NCBI GenBank assembly: GCA_964019425.1
Contig: OZ025792.1
Coordinates: 434,001-498,000 of the forward strand
Reading direction: 5' to 3'
Length of the DNA: 64,000 bases
DNA from: Flectonema sp. DT1601
Taxonomy: Eukaryota
Shown: in pieces, positions 11,493 through 24,600 of the stretch
Layout: each line of letters starts with the position of its first letter
How positions within the stretch are numbered: the stretch's first letter is position 1
Notes under the pieces: model-generated
The model's database searches: none
What the model was told of the DNA's origin: nothing
Seen by the model: only the letters and a program-made list of their open reading frames with translations
Translations under genes and position numbers: made by a program

Positions 11493-12326
11493 TAGCTAAA
11501 CAAACAAAAGAATGTTCCCTCCTCCCTCCCGTGTTTGTTTGCTTTTAAAAAAGAAAAATGAAAGTCGTGCCGCACGAGAAAACTGACACATGAAAAAGCC
11601 ACAGCATTGAAAAAATTGCAAACCAAAGAATTCAATAACGATGAATAGAAAATGAAATCTCGCAGGAGGTAATAAGAAGTGGTTTCTGCACTTATGGCAG
11701 ATACAAGATGCAAATGATCAGTGCAGTAAAGAGATCAGACTAGAAACAAAAACGTTTTACAAACCGCTACTTCATTTTTGAGAAAGGGAAAAATAAACAA
11801 CAACAAAAAATTATAAAGAAGAATGAAACCGATATAATAACGCTGTGGAATCAGGGGAAAACTACACCAACCCCTTCACTTACAATTCTGGCTTCCTCCG
11901 ATATAAGGATTTAAGGATCAGACATGTGCAGTAAAACTCTTGAGGTAGTTGTGAGTTCGTCTTCTTAATCAATAATAGCTTTCATTTTTTTTTTCCTTTT
12001 TTTTTTTTTTTTTTTTTTTTTTTTCTTCCAATGCATAAATAGATTTTCCACCATAAGGTTAACAAACGTTATTTCCGGTTTCTCCCTCATCGATATTTAA
12101 TGCTTGCTGGAATCAGACTGGATCCACTCTGAGAGTCTGGATAGTCTGAAAAAAGAAAAACAAGAAAAGGTAGGAGGGGGGGGGAGAAAAAAAGAAAAGG
12201 CAACAACATCCACTACATGCAACATGCACAGTCATAAATAGTTTATAAGGTGAATACAGACTTTTTTAATAAAAAAAAAAGGAAAGGTAAATAAGTGAGA
12301 TTCCGCAAGAAGAAAAAATAAACGAA

Positions 12327-12357
<31 letters not shown>

Positions 12358-13376
12358 GAGAAAGGTGATTCACGACAACATAAAAAATTAAAAAAAAATA
12401 AAAATAACAAAACTACACATCACACGATTTCCATCAGTAGTTAAGCATGATAAGTATTAAAATCCGTTTACACCCACAACTTCTGAGTGTCTGTTCGATA
12501 CCAAGAGACTAAGTTTTCTTCTATTCTCAAATTGTGATATCATTCAGTTTGGTCCAAAAGTTAACTTAGGGAAACTACTTCGACCCGGACTCGAACGCCG
12601 GATGACAAGCTCTATCATTCGATTCAATGTTCAGAAAAATGTGTAATATGTTCTCATTATCCCTTAAGACTTTTGCATCTGCAAACAGCCAAATAATAAA
12701 ATTACAGAAAGCAAAAAAAAATGAAAGGGATCCATATGTAATGATGAATTATCATTATAAAAAAAAAAAGAGGAAAAAATCCCCCAAAAAGTGATGTCAG
12801 ACTCTTTTTTTTTTTTTTTTTTTTTTTTTGTGTTTTTTTTTGTTGATAGGAGGAAAAATAAATTTTAAAAAAAAAAAAAAACAAGCTGAAACCATTTTTA
12901 ATTACAGTGTCAGTGTTGGTAGAAAAAGATACGTCGTGAAAAGAATTGTTATCTATTTTTTTTTGATTTTTTTTTTGATTTCCATGCAAAAATAACGCTC
13001 ATCACTGTGCTAAGTAAACCAGTAATACAATACCAGCATTTGGGAAAGACGAAACACGTAAGCGAGGTGCATCGGTTGGTAAAGGATAAGTTTTCTGATA
13101 GACCATAAGAACCCACACGAATACAAAGAAAGATACCTAAACATGGAAAGATGATAGAAATGCGGAACCCAGCAAAAAAAAAAAAAGAAAAGAAAAGAAA
13201 AGGGAAAAGAAGAAGCGCAAAAGAATTACCACACAATAGCTAAATTATCAGTCAACCTACTCATGCAAAGGAATTGTCTCGTAGACTCTCAAGATGCAGC
13301 AGACTAATCCGTAAAATAGCTGGGGAGAGTAGAGTGGTTATCTCAAATGGGAAAAGTGCTTGTTTCATTTTCATTT

Positions 13377-13409
<33 letters not shown>

Positions 13410-15232
13410 CAAATTAAAAATGTAAAACTTAATGCAAACCGATGAGGATGACATGCCTGGGGGGGAAACGAACAAAAAAAATTTTAAAAAAAATAACCAG
13501 CAGGTTTTTTTTTTCTTTAGAAATAGTATTTTATCCCCTTTTTAATGCGGAACGTAAGAAGGCTGAATTGCTTCCGTCTAATCTCCTACATACAGCTACC
13601 AGGTGAGTAACTTGATCGCGACGCTGTATCGGTAATTTGTTACACCGATTGCTTTGTCTCTTTCGTTTAGTTTGTTTTGTTTTGTTTTGTTTCGGGGACT
13701 AAGATCTTCTTCTCTTTTCCCCCCTCACAAAACAGACGCAACATAGACGTATTCGACTAAAATACTAAGACTTGACAAAACCCAGTTTAACCGTTATGAA
13801 TAAAACAAGGAAAACAGAAATTAGAAAAATTAGAGCCCCTGTTTGATTACCTTGGCTGTAATAGAAAGGAAAACATGTAAAAGAGTTTGCATAATATGCC
13901 AAACAGATTCCCCTCGTTTGTGATACCTCAACTACGTTAATGTGGACAAACAAATTGGCAGTAGGAAAATAGCAACGTACTCGTACTCACAACAGGTATT
14001 AGTCTGTGAGTATTACCCACAAGGGGCAGACAAAAGATAGGTATCATATGAAACAAAAAAAGAGAAAAAGGACAGCAATGCTCGTTACACAGAATTTGGC
14101 GACAACAAATTTAAAAAAAAAGGTAAAAAAGTAAAGTGGTTGCACTGAAAACAAACACGTCTTCTCTCCAAGCACAAAAATCTTTTTATCCTTGGAAGGA
14201 AGTCCTTATTCACATTCTTGCAAGGAAATCTTTTCGTTTATTCTTTTTTACAGTTGGCAACTGCGAGTTGTCGCTTCTTCCTTTTTATTATAGTTTCTCA
14301 ACTCAGTCAACATACTATCAAGAATTCAGTGGAATAATAGTATTTTTCATGTTGAAAAGAAACAAGGAAACGAAAACCGCAGGGGTACAAGGGGGGGGGG
14401 GGGGATGGTACCTCCCTCTCCGACGCCTCTTCAAGAGGATAGCTGTATTATAATATAAATAAAAATAAGAAAATGGGGTAGGAAGGGAAAGAACAGGATG
14501 AACTTACATAGTAACGAGAAGACAAGAAGAAGATACAACAACAACAACACAAAAGCCGCTGCAACGAGAAAAAATGGTCACGTGAACGTAACTGCACGAC
14601 CACGAACCAGTAATGTTGCTTGAGGGGGTATGATGGGGTAGGGAACGTTCGATTATCAATATTTTTTAAAATTTTCAAATTTTTTTTTTTAATAATTTTA
14701 ACAATTAGCCGCCTTTTGTTTTTCTTTTTTTATAAATTTTCTTTCTTTTTTTTTTCTTTTTTTTTTTTTTTTTTCTACTCACGCTGTCTCCTCATGAAGA
14801 AAAAATAGAACGCACGTAGCAATTTATTTTACCAATTTGACGACCCTACATATAAACGAGATACGTCCGCACATACCCTAATGTAATAAAAGAATATGAG
14901 TTTCGTTATAAAATACTAAATCAAAAACATATTATTCGGGTGTTCCAATCACCGCAAGTACCCCAACGTAGACAACTATTTCTTGGAATCGTATTTTCCC
15001 TTTTGTCATTTCTCGCTAGAGAAAAAAGTATTTCTTTCTTTTCTATTTTTCCTTTTTTCCTTTTTTTCGTTTTTTTTTTTTTTTTTTTTCCCGCTTTTAC
15101 ATGTTTTCTACGAAATCGATTCACAATTTCGTTCGCTATGACGGGGAAGTGGATCTCGCAACCCTGCGAAATCTCATACTCAAACCGTAGAGTGTCAAGT
15201 TACGTTCCACGCACTTTTTTGAGAATTTAGTA

Positions 15233-17342
15233 CTAACCGTTGGGTGTTGTTTCACATCGTCGTCCCCAACTAATATCAGAGGATACCTGTAGTGATTGTG
15301 TACAATAAGAAAACAGTTGAATCTTGCTGTCAGACAACTAAATAACAACATACATTCTCCAGTAGCGTAGCAACACCGTCACTGTCCTTATGCTCAGGGG
15401 CAGTCATATGTCTAATAAAGCTACTTGGATCAGAATCAAGGTTTCGAGGCTCACAAAATCCTATCGCTGGCCCAGGTCCTACTGGAGCTGTTCTTTCTCT
15501 TCTTTCAGCAGGTAACAATTTATCTACATCGTCAATTGTTTGAGATCGTGTTGGTGCAGTTTCATGTCTCTTTGGCATTTCTTCACTCGGAACTTTTCGA
15601 GTGTAACCAAAAGGCATATTATCACCTAATCCAGTAGTCATCTGTTGCATTGGATCGGTTACTACCCTCGCAGCTATGAAGGATTGCTGTGGGTTTTATA
15701 TATTTTTTTAAACTTCAACAAAAAAAGGATAAGTGACTTAGAAATACTATCATACCATTGCATCGATGATTTGACGGTTCGGGATTGGAGCAGTAGCGGT
15801 TCTCTCACCATGTTGAATTCCTTCCCATTCGGGTTCTGTTCTGTTTCCGTTTGTTGGAGTAGTACAGGACCTTGGTTGTCCCCATAAAGCGAGGTAAGGA
15901 TCTAAGTACGGATCGCTATGCATCATGCGATAGACTGCCATTGCTTTTTGAATCATTCTATTAGCATGACCTGGTTTAATCCCAAGTGTTTCAATCTTTG
16001 AATTTGAAACCCCATACAGATCGGTAGCCAAGTCATAACCATGATCTCTAAGCTTCTTCTTTATATCTCTTTCTTCTGTTGGCTCAAACGAGCAAGTCTT
16101 TAAGAAATCTTCAATTCGGTTCGGAACGTCAGTACTATTACGCTGTTTGCTTGGCTTTTTTTCCTTCGCAGCCGTCTTTACGGGTGAGACTGGCTGAGTT
16201 GGATCGTAGGCAAAACCCATGCAATTGCGTTGTGAAAAGCCTTCTGATTGCACGCCGTTGAAATTTGCAATGCACAGAAAAGCATCTTCAATACTTTTAA
16301 AGGTAAATGTTGATGAAGTGCCGTCAGATTCACTTTGAATTGGTAATGGAAGGCTTTGCTTAGTGAGAGAGTTAGTTAGTGAAGTCGCTATATTTCCATC
16401 TGCGTTTCTTAACCAAACAATTCTACTAGGGGCAGCCATTTCGGGTACTACTTCTGCTGGCACATCATCCAATTGGCTGTACAGCTTCGGCTCATTTTCT
16501 GACTGTTCTCCATTCCAGTTTAGAGCATTTGGATGATGACTTTGTTTAGCAACGAACTTCTTTCCACCCACCGTCACTCCGTCAAGCTTCTTCCTTGCGA
16601 TGTCTGCTTCGTCCTTAGATGCGTATTGGACTATGGCTTTTCCGTCGTGTTTTTGAAGAATCTTAGCAGCTATAACAGTACCATATTGACCACAGACTCT
16701 GTATAGATTCTCAGCTGTAATTTTGAAATCCTGAGCATACGACAAGTACATACACGATCCTACTTCACCCTTAGGAAGTCGGGCACCTGTTGAACGTGGG
16801 ATTGTTCCTTTAGAAGATTCCTCTTGTTTTGGACATAACCAACCATCTCCTTTGTTTTCTCCCCATATGAAGTCTAGAGGTGAAGTCAGTTGCTCTTTTT
16901 CTATTAGTGCGTTTTGCGCTTCATAATCTTTATTCTTCTCGTCTTGCTTCTTGAAAGTTAATTGACTGACGGAAGAGAGAACGATAGCGAATTTGAAGAT
17001 TGCAGGAGTGTCGGAGTCGGGAACAGGTTGAGCGTATTCCCTGCAATTAAGGTATTCCATCGCTCCATCCGCGCAACAACTTTCAGCGAATTGAACCAAG
17101 AGTTGGACTTTATTATCTCTCAGGAAATTTGAAAGTTTTTGAACCTTACCAAACTGAGACATTATCCAAAACATTTCTTGCAATACCTTCTCCATCCCTA
17201 TACTTTCTGCAGCCTCTTCCTCCAGCCCTTTAAAAACTATTAAAAGTACTCTCGCATCTACGACTGGGAGCTTTGGCTTTCGACTTTTTCTCTTTTGACT
17301 CTTGTCGCCCCCCTTCTTTTTCTTTCGCTCGTCATGGTTCAT
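15233..17342 (-). CDS. PTB/hnRNP-L-like multi-RRM RNA-binding protein with C-terminal SAM-like domain (3 predicted exons)
   Basis: RRM features: SQFGKVQK..QLLVQF, and LYRVCGQYGTVIAAKIL..KAIVQY..LDG. SAM-like segment IEDFLKT..DLYGVSNSKIETLGIKPGHANRM. GT-AG intron 15687-15755 joins in frame to ORF 15330-15650. Second intron 15287-15353 and last exon are less certain. Confidence 0.72.
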
Positions 17343-17769
17343 TCCTGTTATAATATTAAATAAGAAAAATAATCAAGCAAATTTGCAAATTAGAAAATTT
17401 GATTGTCAGAGTTGTTTGACTTACCTTTATAATACTGCTTCTTACATTCAAAGGATTTTCACAAACAAAAAAAACAAATTTCTTTGAAAAATTAAAAAAA
17501 AATCAACGACAATAAAATAAAAAACTATAGAACTCGATCGGTGATTGTTTTGGATGTCAGGTTTTGCCCAGACATGCCTTCACAACGAGAATCAATAATA
17601 AAAAATAAAATAAAATAAAAAATTTAATTTAATCAAAATCATTCAACTTGATAACACTTTTATTCCATCAGCTACAAATCTTTGTTCGTTAACTTCAGGA
17701 TCACCTTTGATACGAGTATTACGTACTTAGCTGACATGAGCAACAAATACTTTCAACACTGAGAGCTAC

Positions 17770-20700
17770 TTACAACTCATCACTGTCACCCTCCTCCTCT
17801 TCTCCTTCACCACCAGGAGCTCCTCCCTGCTGGTAAACGTTTGAGATGATCGGGTTCGACACTCCCTGCAACTTCTGGAGAGCCTCCTCGTACTCTTCCT
17901 TGTCAGCAGATGGGTTCTCGTCCAAGAAGTCGAGAGCCTCCTTCACGGCGTCCTCGATGGTGCTCTTCTCGTCTGATGACAACTTAGCTCCCAACTTGTC
18001 GTCGTCGTTGATCTGGTTCTTCAAGCTGTAGGCCATCGATTCCAAAGAGTTCTTGGCGTCGATCTTCTCCTTCAACTTCTTGTCTTCCTCCTCGAACTCC
18101 TCGGCCTCACGAACCATTCTCTCGATCTCCTCCTCGGAAAGTCTACCCTTGTCGTTGGTGATGGTGATCGATTCTTTGCTGCCACTTCCCTTGTCCTCAG
18201 CTCCGACAAGGAGGATACCGTTCTCGTCAACATCGAAAGAAACTTCAATCTGTGGAACACCACGTGCTGCTGGTGGGATTCCTGAGAGCTCGAACTTTCC
18301 TAACAATCTGTTGTCCTTGGTCATCGCACGCTCTCCCTCGAATACCTGTTTTGTTCATTGTTTGATTATTTGATTTTCGAGTTGCTAACCCCGTTTGACT
18401 AACACTAACAACAACAACAACAACAACGTCGTCACATACCTGAATGTTGACTCCAGGCTGGTTGTCCTGGTAGGTGGAGAAAGTCTGCTGCTTCTTGGCC
18501 GGGATTGGAGTGTTACGGTCAATCAACTTGGTCATCACTCCTCCAACGGTCTCGATACCCATCGACAATGGGATCACATCAACCAACAACACCTGGTCCT
18601 TCAACTCCTGCTCTCCACTGAGAACTGCTCCCTGGACAGCCGCTCCGTAAGCAACGGACTCGTCAGGGTTGATTCCTCTGTTTGGTTCCTTACCGTTGAA
18701 GAAGTCCTTGATGAGTGCCTGGATCTTTGGGATTCTGGTGGATCCTCCAACCAACACGATCTCGTCGACGTCGGTCTTCTTCAACTTCGAGTCGTCCATC
18801 ACGGCCTTCACCGGCTTCAAAGTTCCCTTGAACAAGTCCATGTTCAACTCCTCGAACTTGGCACGGGTCATCTTCTCGGAGAAGTCAAGACCTTCGTCAA
18901 GACCGTCAACTTCAACACGGGCCTCTGGCTGGGAGGAAAGCTGACGCTTGGCGGCCTCACATGCCTTTCTCAAACGAGCAAGGGCTCTGTGGTTTCTAGA
19001 AAGATCCTTTCCGTGCTTCTTCTGGATGACGGTCAAGTAGTGTGCAACCTGTTTGTTGTTGCGTTTTTTGATTATTTGTTGTTTCACATCTCCGTCAGCT
19101 CGCACACCATGCGGAACTTCAAATGAACAAAATAAACAAATCACATACCATTCTGTTGTCGAAGTCCTCTCCACCCAAGTGAGTGTCTCCGTTGGTGGCA
19201 ACAACCTCAAAGAATCCATCATCGATCTGAAGAAGGGAAACATCGAAAGTACCACCACCCAAGTCAAATACCAAGATGTTCTTCTCTCCTGAGGTGCTTC
19301 CTCCGGCGGTCTTGTCCAAACCGTAAGCGATGGCAGCAGCAGTTGGCTCGTTGATGATACGAACAACGTTCAATCCAGCGATGGTACCGGCATCCTTGGT
19401 CGACTGACGCTGGGCGTCGTTGAAGTACGCAGGGACAGTGACAACTGCGTTCTTAAGCTTCTGTCCCAAGAACTCCTCGGCGATGTCCTTCATCTTTCCC
19501 AAGATCATCGCTGAAACTTCTTCAGAAGTGTAGGTCTTCTTTTCTCCCTTGTACTGAACCTGAACCTTTGGTTGACCCTCAGATCCCTTTACGATGTCAA
19601 ATGACAAGAGCTTCTTGTCCTTCTGAACAGACTGTTTTGGGTTTCGGTTTGATTGAGAAGAACAGGGGAGTAAAATCAATGAAGCTTCGCAGGACCAACT
19701 AAGCAAAAAAAGGGGGAAGCTGAATGATAGGCAATTATTGGATTCTCACGTCGGTACTCAGCAGTTCAATTGTCGGATGTCTCCCTGAAACACCACACGG
19801 AGAATACCTCGTAAACCAGATACAACTACCGGTCACTTGTTCAACCTTTACTCCAACAACTACCACGTAAATAACAGTCGACTACTCACTCACTCCTTAC
19901 GTACACTACAGAAACACGGTCGTAGTCTCAGATGCATAGCGAGAAGTGATTGTCTGTGACTGTGAGCGTTGATGTCTCACCGAAACACAACCAACGAACT
20001 CTCATTCAACCCATTTACCCCAGCAGTAACTTGGCAAGTGTCAGTCAAAAAACCAACTACCTCTCTCCAGTCAGCTACTCGACTGGTTCTCTCACTCCTT
20101 ACGTACACTACAGAAACACGGTCGTAGTCTCAGATGCATAGCGAGAAGTGATTGTCTGTGACTGTGAGCGTTGATGTCTCACCGAAACACAACCAACAAA
20201 CTCTCATTCAACCCATTTACCCCAGCAGTAACTTGGCAAGTGTCAGTCAAAAAACCAACTACCTCTCTCCAGTCAGCTACTCGACTGGTTCTCTCACTCC
20301 TTACGTACACTACAGAAACACGGTCGTAGTCTCAGATGCATAGCGAGAAGTGATTGTCTGTGACTGTGAGCGTTGATTTCTCACCGAAACACAACCAACG
20401 AACTCTCATTCAACCCATTTACCCCAGCAGTAACTTGGCAAATGTCAGTCAAAAAACTAACAACCTCCCTCCAGTCAGCTACTCGACTGGTTCTCTCACT
20501 CCTTACGTACACTACAGAAACACGGTCGTAGTCTCAGATGCATAGCGAGAAGTGATTGCCTGTGACTGTGAGCGTTGATGTCTCACCGAAACACAACCAA
20601 CGAACTCTCATTCAACCCATTTACCCCAGCAGTAACTTGGCAAGTGTCAGTCAAAAAACCAACTACCTCTCTCCAGTCAGCTACTCGACTGGTTCTCTCA

Positions 20701-21125
20701 CTCCTTACGTACACTACAGAAACACGGTCGTAGTCTCAGATGCATAGCGAGAAGTGATTGCGAGAAACAAAATATTCAAAAAGAAAACAAAAACATACCG
20801 AGTCACTAAACTTACGTCCAATAAGTCTCTTGACTGTGTAGACGGTGTTGGTTGGGTTCTGGGCCATCTGGTTCTTAGCTCCGTCACCGATAAGACGTTC
20901 GGTGTCAGTGAAAGCAACAACGGATGGAGTGATACGGTTACCCATCTCGTTAGAGATGATCTCAACCTGACCTCCCTTCCAAACTCCAACAACCGAGTAA
21001 GTGGTACCCAAATCGATACCAATGACTGGTCCTTCAACCTTACGGCTCTTCTCACCCTCATCTTCGTCGGCTCTACCACTCTGGAAGGCGAGCGCGACTA
21101 GGACGCATCCCAGTGCGAATTTCAT
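17770..21125 (-). CDS. BiP: ER Hsp70 BiP/GRP78, copy 1 (exons 21125-20799, 19631-19149, 19048-18440, 18345-17770; 664 aa)
   Basis: Signal peptide, [40 protein letters not shown]-terminal SDEL; three phase-0 GT-AG introns restore one frame. Confidence 0.97.
19950..20013 (-). ncRNA. Second hairpin+AGA element in each 202-bp unit (possible AGA-box snoRNA)
   Basis: ggguug..cguugguuguguuuc ggu gagacaucaacg..cagucac-AGA-caa forms an extended hairpin ending in AGA (AGG in some units). No target identified. Confidence 0.4.
20691..20759 (-). ncRNA. Single-hairpin AGA-box (H/ACA-like) snoRNA candidate; representative of about 20 intronic copies
   Basis: Sense RNA aaUCACUUCUcgcuaugcaucugagacuacgaccguguuucuguaguguacguaAGGAGUGAgAGAacc. 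Basal stem of 8 bp, AGA 1 nt after the stem, about 69 nt. Pocket strands UCGCUAU and ACGU pair with LSU rRNA GCGU-UC-AUAGCGA, and the pocket starts 14 nt before AGA. Confidence 0.75.
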
Positions 21126-21218
21126 TGTTTTGTTGTAAAGATAACTGTCAGAAATTTAATAACTCCGAAGATGAATAATAATAATTATGACTGTCGCTTG
21201 ACAACCACTTCAGCAACA

Positions 21219-21290
21219 CTTTCAGTAGCACTTTGCAATCACAACTATCTTACAAATGCTCAGAAGATGGTGAAGCTTCTCAATTATCTT
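21219..21290 (-). ncRNA. Box C/D snoRNA candidate in BiP spacer (also about 25062-25133, 30289-30360, 33731-33802)
   Basis: Weak C (UUGAGA), guide, CUGA, C' GUGAUUG, guide, CUGA. Guides are antisense to AAGAUGGUGAA (11 nt, conserved LSU motif) and AGCACUUUG (9 nt). Confidence 0.5.
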
Positions 21291-21615
21291 CCCAACAGTA
21301 TTCTCATTACCATAATGTTAACCTTGAAGGGGAAGAGAAAGAGACTGAGAAAAACCAAACAAAGCACACCGATATCTTAAACACTATATCAGAAAAATCA
21401 AGTCCAAGCACAAGTGCCCGAACTTCAACCCAAGACGAACAACTCGTTAACGGAGAGGAACCCGAGTAAACATGGTCGAAATGCTACTAAGGCAAAATAA
21501 AACGGAGGTGTTTCGAAACCGGTCGTAGGTCCGAAACTCCTTGAAAATCAAAAAAAAAACAAAAAAAGAGGAAAACGAAACTAAAAATAAAAGACGACGA
21601 GCCACGCTACCCTAC

Positions 21616-24600
21616 TTAAAGCTCATCACTGTCACCCTCCTCCTCTTCTCCTTCACCACCAGGAGCTCCTCCCTGTTGGTAAACGTTTGAGATGATTGGG
21701 TTCGACACTCCCTGCAACTTCTGGAGAGCCTCCTCGTACTCTTCCTTGTCAGCAGATGGGTTCTCGTCCAAGAAGTCGAGAGCCTCCTTCACGGCGTCCT
21801 CGATGGTGCTCTTCTCGTCTGATGACAACTTAGCTCCCAACTTGTCGTCGTCGTTGATCTGGTTCTTCAAGCTGTAGGCCATCGATTCCAAAGAGTTCTT
21901 GGCGTCGATCTTCTCCTTCAACTTCTTGTCTTCCTCCTCGAACTCCTCGGCCTCACGAACCATTCTCTCGATCTCCTCCTCGGAAAGTCTACCCTTGTCG
22001 TTGGTGATGGTGATCGATTCTTTGCTGCCACTTCCCTTGTCCTCAGCTCCGACAAGGAGGATACCGTTCTCGTCAACATCGAAAGAAACTTCAATCTGTG
22101 GAACACCACGTGCTGCTGGTGGGATTCCTGAGAGCTCGAACTTTCCTAACAATCTGTTGTCCTTGGTCATCGCACGCTCTCCCTCGAATACCTGTTTTGT
22201 TCATTGTTTGATTATTTGATTTTCGAGTTGCTAACCCCGTTTGACTAACACTAACAACAACAACAACAACGTCGTCACATACCTGAATGTTGACTCCAGG
22301 CTGGTTGTCCTGGTAGGTGGAGAAAGTCTGCTGCTTCTTGGCCGGGATTGGAGTGTTACGGTCAATCAACTTGGTCATCACTCCTCCAACGGTCTCGATA
22401 CCCATCGACAATGGGATCACATCAACCAACAACACCTGGTCCTTCAACTCCTGCTCTCCACTGAGAACTGCTCCCTGGACAGCCGCTCCGTAAGCAACGG
22501 ACTCGTCAGGGTTGATTCCTCTGTTTGGTTCCTTACCGTTGAAGAAGTCCTTGATGAGTGCCTGGATCTTTGGGATTCTGGTGGATCCTCCAACCAACAC
22601 GATCTCGTCGACGTCGGTCTTCTTCAACTTCGAGTCGTCCATCACGGCCTTCACCGGCTTCAAAGTTCCCTTGAACAAGTCCATGTTCAACTCCTCGAAC
22701 TTGGCACGGGTCATCTTCTCGGAGAAGTCAAGACCTTCGTCAAGACCGTCAACTTCAACACGGGCCTCTGGCTGGGAGGAAAGCTGACGCTTGGCGGCCT
22801 CACATGCCTTTCTCAAACGAGCAAGGGCTCTGTGGTTTCTAGAAAGATCCTTTCCGTGCTTCTTCTGGATGACGGTCAAGTAGTGTGCAACCTGTTTGTT
22901 GTTGCGTTTTTTGATTATTTGTTGTTTCACATCTCCGTCAGCTCGCACACCATGCGGAACTTCAAATGAACAAAATAAACAAATCACATACCATTCTGTT
23001 GTCGAAGTCCTCTCCACCCAAGTGAGTGTCTCCGTTGGTGGCAACAACCTCAAAGAATCCATCATCGATCTGAAGAAGGGAAACATCGAAAGTACCACCA
23101 CCCAAGTCAAATACCAAGATGTTCTTCTCTCCTGAGGTGCTTCCTCCGGCGGTCTTGTCCAAACCGTAAGCGATGGCAGCAGCAGTTGGCTCGTTGATGA
23201 TACGAACAACGTTCAATCCAGCGATGGTACCGGCATCCTTGGTCGACTGACGCTGGGCGTCGTTGAAGTACGCAGGGACAGTGACAACTGCGTTCTTAAG
23301 CTTCTGTCCCAAGAACTCCTCGGCGATGTCCTTCATCTTTCCCAAGATCATCGCTGAAACTTCTTCAGAAGTGTAGGTCTTCTTTTCTCCCTTGTACTGA
23401 ACCTGAACCTTTGGTTGACCCTCAGATCCCTTTACGATGTCAAATGACAAGAGCTTCTTGTCCTTCTGAACAGACTGTTTTGGGTTTCGGTTTGATTGAG
23501 AAGAACAGGGGAGTAAAATCAATGAAGCTTCGCAGGACCAACTAAGCAAAAAAAGGGGGAAGCTGAATGATAGGCAATTATTGGATTCTCACGTCGGTAC
23601 TCAGCAGTTCAATTGTCGGATGTCTCCCTGAAACACCACACGGAGAATACCTCGTAAACCAGATACAACTACCGGTCACTTGTTCAACCTTTACTCCAAC
23701 AACTACCACGTAAATAACAGTCGACTACTCACTCACTCCTTACGTACACTACAGAAACACGGTCGTAGTCTCAGATGCATAGCGAGAAGTGATTGTCTGT
23801 GACTGTGAGCGTTGATGTCTCACCGAAACACAACCAACGAACTCTCATTCAACCCATTTACCCCAGCAGTAACTTGGCAAGTGTCAGTCAAAAAACCAAC
23901 TACCTCTCTCCAGTCAGCTACTCGACTGGTTCTCTCACTCCTTACGTACACTACAGAAACACGGTCGTAGTCTCAGATGCATAGCGAGAAGTGATTGTCT
24001 GTGACTGTGAGCGTTGATGTCTCACCGAAACACAACCAACAAACTCTCATTCAACCCATTTACCCCAGCAGTAACTTGGCAAGTGTCAGTCAAAAAACCA
24101 ACTACCTCTCTCCAGTCAGCTACTCGACTGGTTCTCTCACTCCTTACGTACACTACAGAAACACGGTCGTAGTCTCAGATGCATAGCGAGAAGTGATTGT
24201 CTGTGACTGTGAGCGTTGATTTCTCACCGAAACACAACCAACGAACTCTCATTCAACCCATTTACCCCAGCAGTAACTTGGCAAATGTCAGTCAAAAAAC
24301 TAACAACCTCCCTCCAGTCAGCTACTCGACTGGTTCTCTCACTCCTTACGTACACTACAGAAACACGGTCGTAGTCTCAGATGCATAGCGAGAAGTGATT
24401 GCCTGTGACTGTGAGCGTTGATGTCTCACCGAAACACAACCAACGAACTCTCATTCAACCCATTTACCCCAGCAGTAACTTGGCAAGTGTCAGTCAAAAA
24501 ACCAACTACCTCTCTCCAGTCAGCTACTCGACTGGTTCTCTCACTCCTTACGTACACTACAGAAACACGGTCGTAGTCTCAGATGCATAGCGAGAAGTGA

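Larger units (their letters stand above)
19886..20760 (-). repeat. 202-bp tandem repeat in BiP intron 1, copy 1 (4 full units + partial); candidate snoRNA array
   Basis: Units recur at 19950, 20152, 20354 and 20556, inside intron 19632-20798. Confidence 0.95.

Noticed and set aside
12570..12615. T-arm/B-box-like GGCGTTCGAGTCC hairpin (minus strand)
   Set aside because: No acceptor, D or anticodon stems could be built; not a tRNA.
10100..15230. Many F-rich or K-rich short ORFs (also 41.2-42.6, 46-47.8, 51.2-52.3, 62.6-64 kb)
   Set aside because: Translations of poly-T/poly-A tracts with no domain signal.
18053..19292. Long plus-strand ORFs overlapping BiP (and similar ones over myosin and RPS9)
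   Set aside because: Antisense shadows caused by codon bias of highly expressed genes.
19905..20000. 9-nt matches to recalled spliced-leader pieces (GTTTCTGTA on minus, AACCAACGA on plus), suggesting SL RNA genes
   Set aside because: The matches are on opposite strands and there is no contiguous 39-nt SL exon followed by a donor; probably chance.
19886..20760. 202-bp array as a CRISPR array or as 63-aa peptide genes
   Set aside because: No unique spacers and no cas genes, eukaryotic context; the ORFs start at TTG and are antisense within an intron.
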